Part shown: one piece after another, positions 62,130-64,000 of the stretch | Layout of the letters: the number at the start of each line of letters is the position of its first letter | How positions within the stretch are numbered: position 1 is the stretch's first letter | DNA from: a virus | Lineage: Duplodnaviria > Caudoviricetes | Virus record (IMG/VR): IMGVR_UViG_3300037484_000776 | Location: 22,951-86,950 of that record | Direction: 5' to 3' (one strand) | DNA length: 64,000 nt | Notes under the pieces: model-generated | Databases searched by the model: none | What the model saw: only the letters and a program-made list of their open reading frames with translations | What the model was told of the DNA's origin: nothing | Program-made: the position numbers and the translations under genes

Positions 62130-62870
62130 GTCTGATTTATTTTGCAATTTTTTTATATTGCTAATCAAGAAAAAGTGTAAGTTTGATTTCCATACACAGC
62201 TTGTTTAAGTAGGGCAAAAAATAGCAGGTTCGAACCGTCCGCCCAACGTGTACGAAATACCCTACTTTTTGTAGAAAAACCACTTTTATATTGGCTGTGC
62301 ACATAAGGTGGTTTTTCTCTTTTTTAAAAGCGATTGTTACAATTGTTGCAGTAATATGAACGAATTCCTTCAGTTTGAAAACCACAAATTACCAGTGTAC
62401 ATTTCGTTACCAAAAAGTGCCCTGTGGATAAAAGAGTGCCTTTTTGGACTTTCGATTTTTGGCAACAAAACTGTAATAAACAAGCACCAAACGGTCACAA
62501 TCTGGCTTTTTTCCCGGAAATAATTATCTATTGTTACAGTTCTGTAACATCATATAATTATTTCCGGAAAAAAAGGGGTTTTCAACTTATTTGTGCTAGA
62601 TTTAAAAAAGTTATTTAATTTTTCTGAAATTTTGTTACGCAGGAGGTACCTCTGAAAACAATATCTTTTTGGTAACTCGTTAAAAAACGTGTACGAAACC
62701 TGAAAAAGGCGTTTTGTACACGGTTCGACAACCCTCTGCCAAATCGTGATTTTCCCATGGGTCGAGCAAAGGTCCGACGGTCGATTCCCGTTCCCCAAAC
62801 AAAGTTACAACAAATTAAATATATATATACTAATAGTGTATAGTAAGTAAGTAAGAGAGGGTAGCAAGGG
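62130..62870. other. AT-rich non-coding core between inverted repeat arrays (candidate origin or genome-end region)
   Basis: Many A/T tracts, no credible ORF, palindromes GGTTCGAACC and GAGGTACCTC. Confidence 0.45.
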
Positions 62871-62890
62871 TCCACCCCTTGTGGACAGCA

Positions 62891-63147
62891 GCCCTTGCCT
62901 CTCCCCTCGCGCCTAGCCCTTGGTAAGGCCCTTGCCTCTCCCCTCGCGCCTAGCCCTTGGTAAGGCCCTTGCCTCTCCCCTCGCGCCTAGCCCTTGGTAA
63001 GGCCCTTGCCTCTCCCCTCGCGCCTAGCCCTTGGTAAGGCCCTTGTCCCTTCCTCGCGCCTAGCCCTTGGTAAGGCCCTTGTCCCTTCCTCGCGCCTAGC
63101 CCTTGGTAAGGCCCTTGCCTCTCCCCTCGCGCCTAGCCCTTGCCAAG
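62891..63147. repeat. Seven tandem 36/37-bp repeats
   Basis: gcccttgcctctcccctcgcgcctagcccttggtaag at 62891, 62928, 62965, 63002 and 63111; 36-bp variant at 63039 and 63075. Confidence 0.95.
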
Positions 63148-63151
63148 GCCC

Positions 63152-63346
63152 TCAGATCTCGCCCCTTGCCCGATCCTCCCGAGCCACCTCTTCCCAAAAT
63201 CTTTTGTTGAGCCTTCCAACTCTGAGCTGAGCCCTTGCCCAGCGCCCGGGCTCGCTCGGGTAGAAGAGCTGTAGGTTTGCCAACCTCATGCGGGCAGCAT
63301 GAAGGGCACGGGCTAGGCGTAGTCTACGGCTTGTTTTATCGTTCAT
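63152..63346 (-). CDS. Arg-rich hypothetical protein
   Basis: SD ggaga before the ATG. Confidence 0.5.
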   Translation of the reverse strand: MNDKTSRRLRLARALHAARMRLANLQLFYPSEPGRWARAQLRVGRLNKRFWEEVAREDRARGEI

Positions 63347-63545
63347 GAGGGTTCTCCAAAAATCGACCTCACAGCAAGGCCATCACGGCCTTGCTGCGGT
63401 CTTGCCAATACAACCACCAAGGGGTACCCCCCAAAACCGCGCCTAGCCCTTGCTACGGGTTCACAGCCCATTTTGGGGGCATCCGTGCCCAAAAAAGACC
63501 TGAAAAAGGCCCAAAAAGGGCAGTATCTAGGCGCGATGGAGGTGG

Positions 63546-63728
63546 TTAGTTCAGGTCTGCCAGCCCCTGGGCACGGTCAGCCACACGGTCGAGGCGCGCC
63601 GCCTCGGCCCTAAAATCACCGCTAAGGGCCCGGTTTTGGCGCATCCGAGCATATTCCCTTGCCAGATTGGCACGGTCACGGGCATCGGAAGCACGAGCAA
63701 GGTGAAGGATCTTAGGGTTGTTGGTCAT
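63546..63728 (-). CDS. Arg/Ala-rich hypothetical protein (MTNNPKILHLARA...)
   Basis: SD ggagaag before ATG 63728. Confidence 0.5.
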   Translation of the reverse strand: MTNNPKILHLARASDARDRANLAREYARMRQNRALSGDFRAEAARLDRVADRAQGLADLN

Positions 63729-63770
63729 GGTCTTCTCCAAAAATATTTTAGTTGGGTTGCTGAAAAAGCC

Positions 63771-63799
63771 TTGACAAGGCAACTTTTCAGTTGTATCCT
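63771..63799 (+). promoter_or_regulatory. Sigma70-type promoter overlapped by a 13-bp inverted repeat
   Basis: TTGACA (63771-63776), 17 nt, TATCCT (63794-63799); inverted repeat arms at 63789-63801 and 63812-63824. Confidence 0.55.
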
Positions 63800-63835
63800 G
63801 CCCCAACAGGAGCAGGATACAACTAAATAGTAACG

Positions 63836-63862
63836 AAAAAGGCCCCTGCTCGGGGCCTTTTT
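63836..63862. terminator. Intrinsic terminator (A- and U-tracts)
   Basis: aaaaaggcccc-tgctc-ggggccttttt. Confidence 0.75.
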
Positions 63863-63873
63863 CATGTCTGGAA

Positions 63874-63930
63874 CGCGCCTATACCGCGCCTATACCGCGC
63901 CTATACCGCGCCTATACCGCGCCTATACCG
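63874..63930. repeat. 11-bp tandem repeat x5 (cgcgcctatac)
   Basis: Units at 63874, 63885, 63896, 63907 and 63918; the same motif occurs at ~60311. Confidence 0.92.
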
Positions 63931-64000
63931 GAGCCTAAAAAGCCCAGGTTTAGTTGGGACGGTCTTCGAGAACCGCGTATATCGCATAGATAAGGGTGAA

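Noticed and set aside
62161-62875. Short ORFs in the AT-rich core
   Set aside because: They are mutually overlapping on both strands, with atypical composition and no SDs.
62891-63147. CRISPR array
   Set aside because: Units are directly abutting near-identical repeats with no unique spacers, and there are no cas genes. The same applies to 60349-60576.
1-64000. Circular overlap of window ends
   Set aside because: The start (cttgagaaccgtg) and end (ttcgagaaccgcg) share only a short imperfect match. The capsid N-terminus, portal and terminase are missing, so the genome extends beyond the window.

Overview
The window is 64 kb of a tailed dsDNA phage genome with siphovirus-like organisation. 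Terminase, portal and most of the capsid gene lie outside it, and no integrase or recognisable endolysin is present. The + strand (1-19.75 kb) is a virion module: capsid C-terminus, head-tail genes, tail tube, chaperone, a 2117-aa tape measure with a lytic transglycosylase, Ig-domain tail-tip proteins and a tail fibre, interrupted by a minus-strand Rha gene with a highly structured leader. The - strand (19.8-61.5 kb) carries an H-NS-like gene, class II RNR with an intein, SbcC/SbcD, a resolvase, a DEDDh exonuclease, family A DNA polymerase, an SNF2 helicase with an intein, a primase-helicase, ThyA and a dNMP kinase. It continues with about 18 kb of small accessory genes, including four glycan-modification enzymes, a split/permuted FGE C-type-lectin pair, a secreted aspartyl protease, PduL, MazG and tRNA-Leu(TAA). 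The last ~4.5 kb is dominated by arrays of a CTAGG(C/T)GC motif arranged in inverted orientation around an AT-rich core. Most notable: the split FGE/CLec pair with two variable-region-like cassettes and no reverse transcriptase, a phage PduL, the repeat architecture, two promoter-to-terminator short antisense RNA candidates, and the glycan enzyme set. All calls come from motif recognition by eye; no searches were run.
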